Shown here piece by piece: positions 1 to 13,864 of a stretch of 64,000 nucleotides of DNA (positions are counted from its first letter, which is position 1; every line of letters begins with the position of its first letter). The position numbers were made by a program, and so were the translations under genes. Origin of the DNA: Octopus bimaculoides (lineage: Eukaryota); the NCBI RefSeq assembly GCF_001194135.2, contig NC_068993.1, positions 61,397,896-61,461,895 on the forward strand. The letters are read 5' to 3'. The notes below the pieces were generated by a model that was not told where the DNA came from, did not search any database, and saw only the letters and a list, made by a program, of their open reading frames with translations.

Positions 1-72
<72 letters not shown>
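1..72. repeat. (TG)n microsatellite (one of dozens of TG/CA, TA, GA, ATC and ATT arrays in the window)
   Basis: Directly visible. Confidence 0.99.
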
Positions 73-76
<4 letters not shown>

Positions 77-622
77 TAGTCTGTTGATGTTGTTCCACCA
101 CCACCACCACTACTTCCATTTCCAACAGTGTTAAATCACCACCAAAACTACCACCACCACCACCACTACTACTACCACCATGACCATCACTACTACCTCC
201 ACAACTACTGATGTTTCATCACCACTACTATTACCTTTACCACTAATTCTGCAACCACTACCACTACCACCATCGCCACCACTGGTAATACAAAGCTGTC
301 TCTAACATGAAATGATATTATCATTGCCAATATCACCAGATCTTGATATCATCTGGAGTGGAATTTTCTTACTTACGTCATCGTTTTTCCTTCTTTATCT
401 CATGGTGTATGTATGTATATATATATATGTATGTGTGTGTGTGTGTGTGTATATATATGTATGTGTGAGAGTGTGTGTGTGTGTGTCTAAATATATATGT
501 CTTTATATGTGTATGTATTGTTGATGTAGTATATGTATGCATAAATATATACATATGTGTTTACATACATACATACCAGTGTGTGTGTGTGTGTGGATAT
601 ATATGTATGTGGATATATATGT

Positions 623-1504
623 NNNNNNNNNNNNNNNNNNNNNNNNNNNNNNNNNNNNNNNNNNNNNNNNNNNNNNNNNNNNNNNNNNNNNNNNNNNNNN
701 NNNNNNNNNNNNNNNNNNNNNNNNNNNNNNNNNNNNNNNNNNNNNNNNNNNNNNNNNNNNNNNNNNNNNNNNNNNNNNNNNNNNNNNNNNNNNNNNNNNN
801 NNNNNNNNNNNNNNNNNNNNNNNNNNNNNNNNNNNNNNNNNNNNNNNNNNNNNNNNNNNNNNNNNNNNNNNNNNNNNNNNNNNNNNNNNNNNNNNNNNNN
901 NNNNNNNNNNNNNNNNNNNNNNNNNNNNNNNNNNNNNNNNNNNNNNNNNNNNNNNNNNNNNNNNNNNNNNNNNNNNNNNNNNNNNNNNNNNNNNNNNNNN
1001 NNNNNNNNNNNNNNNNNNNNNNNNNNNNNNNNNNNNNNNNNNNNNNNNNNNNNNNNNNNNNNNNNNNNNNNNNNNNNNNNNNNNNNNNNNNNNNNNNNNN
1101 NNNNNNNNNNNNNNNNNNNNNNNNNNNNNNNNNNNNNNNNNNNNNNNNNNNNNNNNNNNNNNNNNNNNNNNNNNNNNNNNNNNNNNNNNNNNNNNNNNNN
1201 NNNNNNNNNNNNNNNNNNNNNNNNNNNNNNNNNNNNNNNNNNNNNNNNNNNNNNNNNNNNNNNNNNNNNNNNNNNNNNNNNNNNNNNNNNNNNNNNNNNN
1301 NNNNNNNNNNNNNNNNNNNNNNNNNNNNNNNNNNNNNNNNNNNNNNNNNNNNNNNNNNNNNNNNNNNNNNNNNNNNNNNNNNNNNNNNNNNNNNNNNNNN
1401 NNNNNNNNNNNNNNNNNNNNNNNNNNNNNNNNNNNNNNNNNNNNNNNNNNNNNNNNNNNNNNNNNNNNNNNNNNNNNNNNNNNNNNNNNNNNNNNNNNNN
1501 NNNN
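623..1504. other. Assembly gap (others at 8054-8734, 13912-14130, 15623-15767, 16692-16907, 20934-20980, 28772-28824, 31063-31598, 33171-33251, 34872-35429, 36810-37080, 47806-47815, 52989-53603, 55989-56080, 57462-57471)
   Basis: N runs, most flanked by microsatellites. Confidence 0.99.
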
Positions 1505-2169
1505 CGCCGCCTTTATATATGTATGTATATGAGATAAAGAGAGACGTTCTATTTAGCAGGGTTGAACCTGGAACCTCATAGTTGTGAAACAAGCTGCATG
1601 ACTACACAGCCATGTCTGTACCTCTTTTAGTTCTTCGTCTGTTAATCCTTAGAAATATATTTTACCAAGTTGAAAAACAAAAAAAAAAACCATTTTTTTG
1701 TGACATGTAAAAAATGGTTTTATTTGTTTATTATTTTTTTTTTTTTGTACAGCAGTGTGTGTAATGTTTGTCTTGAAAGTGTTAAGGTTGAGAAATTTCC
1801 TACCGAATAAACATTTGAACTGCTGATTTATTCTTCATCTCCCTTGGTGGTCTTAGACTTTAACCCCTGGGCCACAAGTCCTTCCACATTGTCTGGCTTG
1901 CTAGAAGACATTCCAATCAATCACATGCTTTATTGTGTCCTAATTTTGTGCCTGACCCTTAGAAGTTTATATTCTTCTAAATGCCAGTGGAAGAGCAAAG
2001 TCAAATTCTTTCACAAAGTGCCAGCTATCCATATACCCAGTATTCAGCTTGAGTTTCATAGAGTTAAGCAGATGACAAGTGAATCTTTATCGAGAGAGGA
2101 AACTGATCTGTCGCAGGTAAATATTTCAGGGTGTGTGTGTGTGTACCCTGCTGTTATGTGAGCATATTT

Positions 2170-2381
2170 TTTTATTTTTTTAAACTTGTTTCAGCCATTG
2201 GACCCTGGCCATGCTGGGGCATCACTGTGAAGGATTTTACTTGAACAAGTTAACATCAGCATTTATTTTTGTAAGTCTAGTACTTATACTGTCAGTTTCT
2301 TTTACTGAACTTCTAAGTCGTGGGGTTGTAAACAAAGCAACACCAGTTGTCAGGCGGTGGTGAGGGACTTACAAATGGTCA

Positions 2382-2466
<85 letters not shown>

Positions 2467-2620
2467 GACTTCCACACAGTTTCCATTCACCAACTTCTCT
2501 CCCAAGGCAGTGGTTGGCTTGAGGCTATAATAGAAGACATTTGCTCAAGGTGCTATGCAGTGAGACTGAACCTGAAACCATGTGATTACGAAGCAAGCTT
2601 CTTAACTTCACATCTATGCC
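2170..2620 (-). mobile_element. SINE family B copy
   Basis: Reverse-complement head, (CA)n core and tail. Confidence 0.7.
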
Positions 2621-3028
2621 TGCTTCTGTCAAATGAAAATTGAATTGTGCTATAATATCACTAAGTAAGTGTAGTGGATTTGATCTCACAACTCCCTGAG
2701 CCCAAAACCTAATCCCTTATCCATGTTGATCTCTGTTGTCAATGTCTCTACCTGGACACTATAGGAAATCTGTTCAGTTTATTTTATATTCACTGTGCAT
2801 CCTTTCTCACTTCCTTTTGTTGTGATTGCAAGAAATAACAGAACCAATATTAATATTATTTACTGCTGTACCCAATATTTAGCTATATTCGGTCCCAGCC
2901 ATTATGTTCAACAGGGTCCGAAAGAAATTATGTAGCCATGTATCTAAACATACAAATATCTCAATATACTTTGTACTTCTAATTATTGTGGTCATAAATA
3001 TCTAGTTCCTGTAGGTTCATGTATGTGT

Positions 3029-3220
3029 AGGCGGTGAGCTGGCAGAAACTGGTATTTTGTCTGTCTTTATGTTCTGAGTTCAAATTCCACTGAGGTTGAC
3101 TTTGCCTTTCATACTTTCAGGGTCGATAAATTAAATACCAGTTGCATACTGGGGTCGATCTAATTGACTGGTCCCCTCCCCTCAAAATTTTGGGTGTTGT
3201 GCCTAGAGTGGAAAAGAATG
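3029..3220 (+). mobile_element. tRNA-derived SINE family A
   Basis: ggcggtgagctggcagaa...ctgagttcaaattcc...gactttgcctttcat...ggggtcgat...cccctccc..aaaattt. Also at ~9196-9320, 23355-23585, 31975-32340, 50630-50850 and 54752-54940 on +. Confidence 0.78.
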
Positions 3221-5378
3221 TACACATGTGTGAGTAAATGTCATCAATGCTTAACTATATTTTGTGCCAGTAACCATTTTAGCCACCAATATCTGGAAAA
3301 AAAAAAAGAAAAAGCCTTCTGTAGCTATATATTTGTGTATAAATGTATATCTTGACATACGTGATCAGTGCTTCGCTGTAGTTTCTACTTTTCTGCTACT
3401 AACTATTATAACCATAAATATATGAAAGGAATTGTATTGCTATTTACGTCTGCATATAAACATATTTCTATTGCGTCTGGGTTTGTGTTACTGATTTGCC
3501 TTTTCATCTGTCATCGTTTATTCAGCATATATCCACACTGAATAGAGTTGGTGAACAGGAATGTAGTTAAGATCGAAATAACTTATTGAATGAAAAATGT
3601 AAGAAATTAAAAATGATAAAAAAACAAAGAAGGTATTTTGTTTGACTTAACCCCATAACATCGATTGACGTAAATTTACCTGTGCTGTGTACTTGCTTTG
3701 AATCAGATGACAAAAATATATGCAGCCCTATCTGTTGTAGTTTTGTATCTGTTTGTGTACTGGTTGATATAAATATCTGCTATCACTCATGGAATCGATA
3801 ATAGAGGCCACCATGCAAATTTCAAGGTGTATAAATTGATCTATCTTCTTAACTTTGGTGTGAAAAGCTTAACTTATTTGCTGGAAAATACAATAACAGA
3901 AACAGCAGTGTTATACTTTTTGATTGTTGACTGTTTGTGTTTTGTAGTCCTAAGTTAGACTTTACTGAACTAACGATAAAACACCTTTTATCATAATTCT
4001 TCTCAATAGAGTACACGGGACTGTGTTATGCAATGCGATGTCCATTTTTCCTTAAAGACAGTAATGTGAACTGGCAATTATCCCTGTTAGTAAAATGGTT
4101 TCCTACCTTATACATAGCTCTTTAGTTAGTGCATTCTAGATCATACATGGGCAATCCTTCTTTTGAGAAACAGGCCACGTGAGACATGGCTTATCATCAG
4201 GTGAATTGCTCTTCTAAAATATTTTGAGGTTATTTTTTTTCGTTAGGCATTCCATTCGGGAAGTCCAGCCGGGCACAGTTTGCCCAAGACTCTTCTAGAC
4301 ATTTGTAACCTGATTTAGTATTTTTGTCCCCCCTGTAGGTATGTGCATTGTCATGTTTGTGTTTAATGTATGGAAATTGCTGAGCCTGTGGCAAGAGTTC
4401 TATTTCTCCATCTGAATCTAGATAGAACTGAGATTTCAAAAAGATGCATAGTTTGTCAACCAATTCTGTTTGACCCAATTCTGGTAATTTCTCTGGAATT
4501 CTAATCAAACTAGGATCGGCATTAATTATGCAGAACAATTTGTATTTTCATGATCAGTGCTTTCATTTAACTGCTGGTTTTTTTCCTCGTTAAATTTTTG
4601 ATAGCATCCTGTTGAAGATCTTTTTATTGTTATTCAAAACACCATGATAGTGGAATTGGCAGAAATGGAAGATGTCAGGCCAGATACCTTACTGCATTTA
4701 GTTTCATTATTCTGGATGAACGATGAGATTCCTCTTGGATTGATATTCCCTCTTATTTCCAAAGGGTCACTTCTATTAAGGGTGATTTTGCTGGTGCTTC
4801 TGACTTGTAATGTCCAAATTTCATATATTTGGTGACTGGTATAAATTTTGGTGTACCTTATCTCCAAGGAGCTGCAGATGGTTGTGTCAGTATGTACTGG
4901 ACAATGAATCTAGGGTGTATCTTAGTCCAAGTGCTGCCCAATGTCACAAACTCTCAATAGTCCAATCAAATAAAGACACTTACTTTGCTACTTGGGTGTG
5001 GACACACACACATACATGCATGCATTCACACATAACACTCCTCTAAGCACACAAAGAGTACAAAGCTACTTTGCATTCTAGGATGTGTCGGTAGATTGGT
5101 ATGTTATAATCTGACCTTGTGTGCATCAAGCTAATACAGGAGCTTCTGACCAATCTTGTAGCAGTTAAATTGCTTCGTGACAAACTAAACTTCCTTATCA
5201 TTCTTCAAGCAGGGTTGGGGGGAATCACTCAGTTTGTCTTGACTATTTAATAGCTGGACTAGAGTTGCTCCAGACCGACTCTGGTTCTGGGATACAAAAC
5301 AACTTACTTTAAAGTGTTTATAATTATTAAATTAAAATTTTCAATTATAAGATTTTAATTAAAATATGATCACCTTAA

Positions 5379-5603
5379 CCCTTTTGTTACCATATTTCTG
5401 TTGAAACACATTGCTTTTGTTTCAATTAATTTTGAAAATAATGAAGAATTTAGGAAAATAACTTCGTCATTATTAATTAAGCTGGTATTTGGAACACAAA
5501 TTAACATGAAATTTTGATGGCAGGTTTTAATTTTGGTCTCTGTAAAATAGGGAGTTTATTGTAGAACGAGGGTTGATTTCAGGGTGGGTTGGTATGGAAA
5601 GGG
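5379..5603. mobile_element. Second copy of the TTAA MITE family
   Basis: TTAA-CCCTTTTGTTACCA ... TGGTATGGAAAGGG-TTGT. Internal similarity to the 51362 copy (agctggt.tt.ggaaca.aaatt). Confidence 0.7.
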
Positions 5604-6003
5604 TTGTGGTGGTTTTATATCATAGAGCAAGTGGCAGGATGGGGCAATTTGGTATTCAATGAGTTAAGAATGAAACGTAGAGGTCATTCACTTGAAGGAT
5701 GGAATGGGAGTTTGTTGAGAAATTCCACTTCTACCATTATGGATCCCAAGTTCCCGTTCTAGCTTGCTGCACAAGGTTAGCTTCACATACCACAATCCAC
5801 CCACCTATTGTAAAGTTCCAATCTAGTTCCTTGCATGTCTAAAGGAGTGTTTTGTTTGTGCGTCCACACCCAGGCAGCTACACTCGTTCCTTGGTGTGGT
5901 TTGCATTGATAGTTGAGGCAGGAATGTTTAAAGATGAGAACAAGAGAACGAGAGAGAAACGTGTTGGCATTGACGTTGGTCCCACCAGCCAGCATTCTTG
6001 CAT

Positions 6004-6045
<42 letters not shown>

Positions 6046-6511
6046 ATTCTTAATTTCACAAGTTGTTGTTTTCGAATATTATACATACTTACATACACAC
6101 ATACTTGTATACGTGCATTCATAGACATACATGCACATACATATACATTAGATACACATCTATATACACATAATCATTTCTGTACATGGATATAGATAAT
6201 CATAGATTTACCCCCCCCCCCCACACACACACACTTGTGTGTGTTTGACATAATACCTTTACTACACCTTAGCACAGTTTTTGCACTTTCTCATACCTGT
6301 AATTCTTCGATAAATTCCTCAGTTTTGATTGCCACCTGGGTTGGTCAACAAGGCTTTTATCATGATGATGGAATGAAAAATATTCTTCCTTCACAATAAT
6401 TCTTCCTGATTACAACATAAATAATTTGTATTTTTATGTCTAAATATACACACAAACATCTATTTTGGAACCTTTTTTTCTTGTTATTTATTTTCTTCCA
6501 CTTTATTTTAG

Positions 6512-6561
<50 letters not shown>

Positions 6562-6613
6562 AAGGGAATAAAAGAAGAAAATTTACAAAATAGAAAAAAA
6601 TATATGCAATTAT

Positions 6614-7030
6614 AGGTGCAGGTATAGCTGTGTGATAAGCTTGTTTCTCAACCACATGGTTCCAGGTTCAGTTCCACTGCATGGCTACTGGGGCAAGTGC
6701 TTTCTATTATAACCTTGGGTTAACCAAAGCCTAATGAGTGTCTACAAAGCCTGCCGTGTGTGTGTGTGTGTGTGTGCGTGTGCGCGTGTGCGCGCGTGTG
6801 TGCGCGTGTGTGCGCGTGTGTATGTTTGTCTCCCACCACTGCTTGACTATTGATGAGTGTTTAAGTCCCTATAACATAGTGGTTTGGCAAAAGGGACCGA
6901 CAGAATGAGCACCAGATTTAATAAAAGAAAAAATATAGCTGGGGTCGAGTCATTTGACCAGCAATGCTTCAAGGTGGTGCCCCAGCATGGCCACAGTTAA
7001 ATGACTGAAACGAGTAAAAAAGAAAGAAAA
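6614..7030 (+). mobile_element. SINE family B copy
   Basis: Same head, an internal (TG)n/(CG) tract and the same 3' tail as the 16483 copy. Confidence 0.75.
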
Positions 7031-7324
7031 AGAAGAAAAAAGAGAAGAAATCCAAGACTAAGAATGGAATATATTTGAGGTTATCCTCAGGATCAGGGAG
7101 TTGTAGAAATGATGGATTTTATCTTTTTATGTTCTGAGTTCAAACCATACCAAGGTCAAATATTTTTTTTTGTGTCACACGCTTCATTAAAATCTCAACT
7201 TTGCCTGGGAACAATTCAGTCGAACATAGACCTTCTCCTACATGGCTATTTGAAGCGCTAGAAATAGAAGCCTAATGTCACGAATCACACTTTAATGTCT
7301 TCATAAAAAGGAAGGTCACATTGG

Positions 7325-7730
7325 ATAAGCTTTCTTTTTACATTTATCTTTTACTTGTTTCAATCATGAGATTGTGGCCATGCTGGAGCACCACCTTGAA
7401 GGGTTTCATCAAACAAATTGATTTCAGCCCTTTATTTATTAATTTTTTTTTTTTTTTTAAAGTCTGGTACTTATTTTATCATTCTCTTTTGCTGAACTGC
7501 TAAGTTATAAGGATGTAAACAAAACAACATTGGCTGTCAAGCAGTAGTGGCGGACAAATACATACATATTTTTGTATTTATATATCTTTTACCTTTTACT
7601 TGTTTCATTCATTAGACTCTGGTCATGCTGGAGCTCTGCCTTGAAGAATTTTAGTCAAACAAATTGACCCCGGTACTTATTAGTTTTGTAAAGCCTGGTA
7701 CTTATTCTATCAGTCTCTTTTGCCAAACTG
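7325..7730 (-). mobile_element. Two tandem SINE family B 3' halves
   Basis: Repeated cttttacttgtttca..cat..ga..gtggccatgctggagc motif at ~7345 and ~7590. Confidence 0.65.
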
Positions 7731-8018
7731 CTACTCTGACCACAAGAAAGATCCTTTGCTTCTCTGAACTTACTGCATACTCCTCCACCCACACCTACTT
7801 CACACACATCTCTCAGCCCCACCTTAATGTCCAATCTGTCACAATATCCTCAGCCTATGCTGTGAAATGACCTGATCTGCATAGGGGTTAGGGTTTTGAT
7901 TTGGGTTTCAGGTTAAAGGTTAGGGTTAGATTGCACACTTAAGTGGTACTCACCTTTCTGTTTTTTATCATCTCTCTCTTGTTTCCAGCTGTATACTTCC
8001 TCTTCCACACAGATCCAC

Positions 8019-8053
<35 letters not shown>

Positions 8054-9135
8054 NNNNNNNNNNNNNNNNNNNNNNNNNNNNNNNNNNNNNNNNNNNNNNN
8101 NNNNNNNNNNNNNNNNNNNNNNNNNNNNNNNNNNNNNNNNNNNNNNNNNNNNNNNNNNNNNNNNNNNNNNNNNNNNNNNNNNNNNNNNNNNNNNNNNNNN
8201 NNNNNNNNNNNNNNNNNNNNNNNNNNNNNNNNNNNNNNNNNNNNNNNNNNNNNNNNNNNNNNNNNNNNNNNNNNNNNNNNNNNNNNNNNNNNNNNNNNNN
8301 NNNNNNNNNNNNNNNNNNNNNNNNNNNNNNNNNNNNNNNNNNNNNNNNNNNNNNNNNNNNNNNNNNNNNNNNNNNNNNNNNNNNNNNNNNNNNNNNNNNN
8401 NNNNNNNNNNNNNNNNNNNNNNNNNNNNNNNNNNNNNNNNNNNNNNNNNNNNNNNNNNNNNNNNNNNNNNNNNNNNNNNNNNNNNNNNNNNNNNNNNNNN
8501 NNNNNNNNNNNNNNNNNNNNNNNNNNNNNNNNNNNNNNNNNNNNNNNNNNNNNNNNNNNNNNNNNNNNNNNNNNNNNNNNNNNNNNNNNNNNNNNNNNNN
8601 NNNNNNNNNNNNNNNNNNNNNNNNNNNNNNNNNNNNNNNNNNNNNNNNNNNNNNNNNNNNNNNNNNNNNNNNNNNNNNNNNNNNNNNNNNNNNNNNNNNN
8701 NNNNNNNNNNNNNNNNNNNNNNNNNNNNNNNNNNGAAATTTGTTTATATTGCCAACCATTTAAAAGCTTAAGCAAGGCTGAGTTGTCAGTGTTTACTGTC
8801 TTTCTTTGCAATGTCTGTCAGCAGACAAGACATTTTTAGTATTTCCACATTTCATGAGAAATTTTATTCCAGAAATGTGTCGATGCAGCAATACAACGGT
8901 AGACATTAATGCTCTGTTTTTTTTTTTTTCGTTGTTTATATTCTGAGTTCAAATCCTGATGAGATCAACTGTCTTTCATTCTTTCAGGGTCAGTAGAGTA
9001 CCAGTCAAATACTGGGGTTGACATCCTCAAATTATACTTCTTCCCTAACTTTAAGACTTTGAGCTTGTGCTAAAAACAATTGTCTTTGTTTGGCATCTCT
9101 GTATCAAATGAAAGAATCTATTATTATTGTTGTTG

Positions 9136-9184
<49 letters not shown>

Positions 9185-12100
9185 CATCATCATTAAGGCG
9201 GCGAGCTGGCAGAATCGTTAGCACGCCGGGCGAAATGCTTAGCAGTATTTCGTCTGCCGCTACGTTCTGAGTTCAAATTCTGCCAAGGTTGACTCTGTCT
9301 TTCATCCTTTGTCTTTCATCCTGGTGGCAGTGGTTTTGTGGTGTGGAAGAGATGGCAATGGTAGTTTTATATGTTGAAGAGGTAGTAATAGTGGTGTCTT
9401 TGTTGAGGTGGTGGTGATGGTTTTGTGTGTCAAGAAGGTAGTGATTCCTGTGTTGTTGTGGTAGTTTTATGTGTTGAGGAGGTAGTAATAGTGGTGTCTT
9501 TGTTGAAGTGATGGTGGTGGTGGTGTTTTATTTTATGCAGAGTTGATGATAATTATGGCTGTGATGATGTCAAGAAATTGCCACAAACAAATCTCACAAA
9601 TTACATCACAAGAATATATTTTAAATATTTACACTTTAAATTCTAGAATCAGCCAAATAAATCATTAGTAACATGGTATCTTTTATATTTATATTTCCTT
9701 ATCTTATTTTCCAGTTTTTTTCTTTTTTTGTCTTTTTGAAACTCAGTTTCTTTATTTTTTCTTTCTTTGGATTTAAAAATCCACCCAACATTTGCTTAAT
9801 GAATGCATTTTGTTCTTGTTTTCTTCCAAACTTTAATAATCTTGGAATCATTATATTCCCTTATTCACTCCATTTGGCTGCTTTTTTTTTTTTTTTCATC
9901 CCTCATTTCTTTAGAAAAATAAGATAAACCTTTCCCTGTATCGGATGCCAGTCCATTTGTTAGTGGCTTCTCTTTTACAAGAACTGGTTCCAGTGCTGAA
10001 AGGTCATTACTTTTCACAGAGCAGTAATTTGCTGTCAACAGTGGAACCCAACTTAAAAACCAAGATAAACTTAGCTGTTGAGGGCTAGATCATGACTCAC
10101 ACACCCTCTCTTTTATGTCAAATTATTTTTATGACTTATCCTTTCTCCACCACATAACTGTTTTTTTTTCTTCTTTATATTTAGCCCTTTTGTATTCCCT
10201 AAACTTATATTTATTACTTTTTTGGGTCACCAACTGACTAGGGTGACCCTTTTGACTTTCTATAAACTTCTTTTGCATAATTTGTATCTATCCCTGTAAA
10301 TATGTGTATGGATTTTATATTTATACACAATTCAGTTGTATAAATATAAAAAACAAAATCCATTTCTTCGTAGAGTGTAGGGTCGATCTAGGGACCTTTT
10401 GGGTTATGGGTCCAGCACACTTCCACTACACCATTCTACTCAACCACTGATTAATCAAATATATAAAGTATTATTTCTTGTTTTGTCTGTTCTGTGTTAT
10501 ATTATGTGACATCATCCATCATATATTATCTATCAGCTATTTCTTTATTTCTATGCATTGGTCTCTCTTTCAAATGCATGAAATCTCATAACTACACAAT
10601 ACATATGGAAGCACTAGGGTCTTAATTTACTTACTGAAGGGCAATATTTCACTCTGCTGATACTCCGAGGGTCACATTTGATGAACCCTATGCCTAGATC
10701 TATGTGTTGCAAATTTTTCTGGGTGTCTCTTCATTTGCTATTTTCAAATCAGCCAGAAGCAAACCAATTCTAGAAATGTCTCCTCAGTGCAGCACACCAA
10801 GCGATCTTGTTTATTTCTATTTTTCTGTGCCAATAAGTGATATACATTCTTACCTGAGCAAATATTGCGAAGTCTCTGCTTTGTTGAAGATGTCTGATTA
10901 GACAGAAACATGAATGAAGTTATCTACCATATTTGCCAAAACAATCAGAGAAATGTTATTTGATGACTGTCATTATTTTGACTCTAGTTGGCTTTTTTAT
11001 TACCCGCTGCATTAAAGATAACTGTTGCTTTTCATTCAAATATTTTCTAAGACTAATTTATGCTCTGAACATGACTATTATAAGACAGATAAATGGCTGA
11101 CAACTGTATAGAAATTCAGGTGTGTGTGTGTGTGTAGTGCTGATGATGTCTGTTGAGCCAGAGAAGAAGTATTCATGACTGTCTCCTTATTTCTGGACAA
11201 TAAGCCAGCCTTTTTCTCTCTTCCAAGTCAGCTTTGGAGAATTCTTGGTCCTTGAGATTCCCTTCTCTACAAGGAACTGGTTTCAATTGCCATTTAGTAA
11301 TTGTGACACCACATCCTCTAGAGGAAGAGATAATATTAATAAATCAAGAATTTATGCTGTATGGTATTTGATAGACCTGTATTTGTTTATGTTGCTCAGC
11401 TACATACCATTGGCCATTCTGAGTTACTTCCCTTGGCTCAATTTTGTAAGATTTATATACACATTGATAGGAACATCTGTACTTTCATCCAAAGGCCTTC
11501 TTAACAGCATTACGGGCTCCTGAGAAAACCAATGGGATTCTGACAAATGGTGAATGCAACAATGTGCTGCAACTGCACATGTCCCTGCACCTGACCTGCA
11601 GCAGTATTAGTTCAAAATTAGCATTCTGTACACATATTTATGTGTTGAAAGCCTTAATAAGTTATGGTATTTGCCTTGAGAAAGCATCAAAACTATTTGT
11701 CTACAAGAGATGCTTTCTTAAGAGGAATACTGCAACTTAGTAAGGCTTTCAGTGTACATACACTTAAAGTATGCATACACCACAGGCAAATGTTCCTTTC
11801 CTATAATCCTCCTGTTGAATCCTGTTTCCTATAATCCTCCTGTTGAATCCATGTGACTCAGCGTATGACAAGGCTGGATCCATGGGCCTAGAGATTAGGT
11901 GCAAGTCCTTCTGATGGGCTTCTCCAGATTCCATCCACTCAATTTCAATCTCGAGGCTTTGGTCAACTCAAATCGGTAATAAGACATTTGGCCCAAGATG
12001 TCTCCACATGTGTGCATCTGTGGATGTAGCCTTGTATCTCGTCTGCTGCCAGACACTTGTTTTCTGACCCTCTGTTCATACTCTAACCGTTTGTCGCCTG

Positions 12101-13399
12101 GCACAAAACCATACCCCTGAGGGGTCTTGTCTTGCAATTACTCAGTGACCTTGCTGGCACCGGTGCCACGTGAAAATCATCTAGTGCATTCTGTAAAGTG
12201 GCTGGTACTAGAAGGTGCGTCTAGTCACGGCAGCCACATCAAAACAGGCAGAAGGGCCGAGTGCAGTCTTTTGGTTTTCCATGCCACCATAGAAAAGAGA
12301 CATTAAACGATGATGATGATGCCTAAAGATACACAGCTATACAACCATCATCATCATCATCGTCCATAGTGGTAGAATTCCTGTTGCTCTTTGTTCATTG
12401 TTTGTCCAGTGTTTATAATACAACAGTCTTCTGTCAATACAAAGGGAAGCATTCTTACATAGGTGGCAATGACTTACTTGTTGCCCCTAGCGCTTATCTT
12501 CTCTCACTAAATGGTGCTCCAGTGGAGACAGACTTCGTTTCCTCTTAGGTTTCACTTAAATCTTTCTCTTCATTCCGTCTCAGTATTTTTTCTGTTGGTT
12601 TATCTCTCTCCCCATCTTTGTCTTTTTCTGCTCTCTGCACCTAGATCTGTGGTAGTCTTCTATGTTTGTCTCTCTTTCTTTAATGTGTAGCATCTTGCTT
12701 CTTCTATTTGTCTGTCTATCTGTCTGTCTCACAGTCACACATTCCTGCCTATCTCCTGTACCATCTATATCCTTGTATGCCATAATATCTCTCTGTACAT
12801 TCATGTTTGTTTCTATCTCTCTCTCCTTCTCTTCCTCTCTCTTCCTCACTCCCTCACCCTCTCTCTCATCTAGGTATGAGATAAGATTGGTGAATGCTAT
12901 CGCTTGTTCTCTATGACCTATCCAGTGGACCATGCTGTGCTAACTTCACTTTGACAGGACATCTTGTTTATTTTATTGTTTGTTTGATTTCATAGTTGCC
13001 TTTCTTGTTTTCTTTCAATATTATATGCGCATATGCCGAAACTTATGCGTATTTTCCAACTTGTAAACATTTACTAATGCATGTTAACAATGGTGATGAT
13101 TGTGATGGTGGGGACGATAACACACGTTTGCTCATCTTTGTACTTAGAAACCTGCACATGAATCACAATACACACGCACTTATACACAACTTCTTTTAAC
13201 TGACTCACACCCACTTAATACACACACCTGTTTAACATGCATGCAGACACACAAAATCTTAAGCCATTGAAAGTGCCACCACACTGTTGTTGAGCCTGTA
13301 TACATACATACAAGGTCCAGTTAATATAATGACCCCTCCCCCAGTACTTTTTATGTACCACCTGTTCTGTTGAGGCCCCCATGCAACTCATGCATCTAC

Positions 13400-13520
13400 A
13401 AAGTCCAAGGAATAAATTCCTTGGTCTCCTGCCAGCTTGGAGAATCTGTCTTGTGATTCTTTCCTGCGACACTCTAATCACATGTCTTTTGTACCAAAAC
13501 TGTGTCCGCTCGTTGCAGCT
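13400..13520 (-). mobile_element. Old RTE-like ORF-terminus fragment
   Basis: WYKRHVIRVSQERITRQILQAGRRPR resembles the RTE WFGHV.RM..ER..RQIL...GRPR motif. Confidence 0.5.
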
Positions 13521-13788
13521 TAACTGTTGAATAAGATTTAGTTTAAAACAATTGTGCAAAATCTTGTAATTTCTCAGAGGGGAGGTGAATGTGCTGTTGT
13601 GGCGTTCATTCTTCTTTGAAGGTCATTTGTAGTATAAGTAGTCGTGGTGGTGTTGCCTTCAGCTCGCTGCTAACTTTCTAACTATGGTTGATAACAGCTG
13701 CAATATCTGGGTTGCTAAATTAAGTACTAATGTCCCTGTGTCTACCTTTTGAGCCTGTTTGTCTCTGTGCACGTCTGCATCTACATCT

Positions 13789-13864
13789 GTCTGCTGTCTG
13801 ATTATATGTCTGCTGTCTGATTATATGTCTGCTGTCTGATTATATGTCTGCTGTCTGATTATAT
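13789..13864. repeat. 19-nt tandem repeat x4
   Basis: (GTCTGCTGTCTGATTATAT)4, perfect. Confidence 0.95.

Noticed and set aside
475-1592. Long ORFs spanning N gaps (also ~7943-8839, 30960-31670, 34698-36019, 52827-53843)
   Set aside because: Their length comes from N runs and dinucleotide repeats, with no coding evidence.
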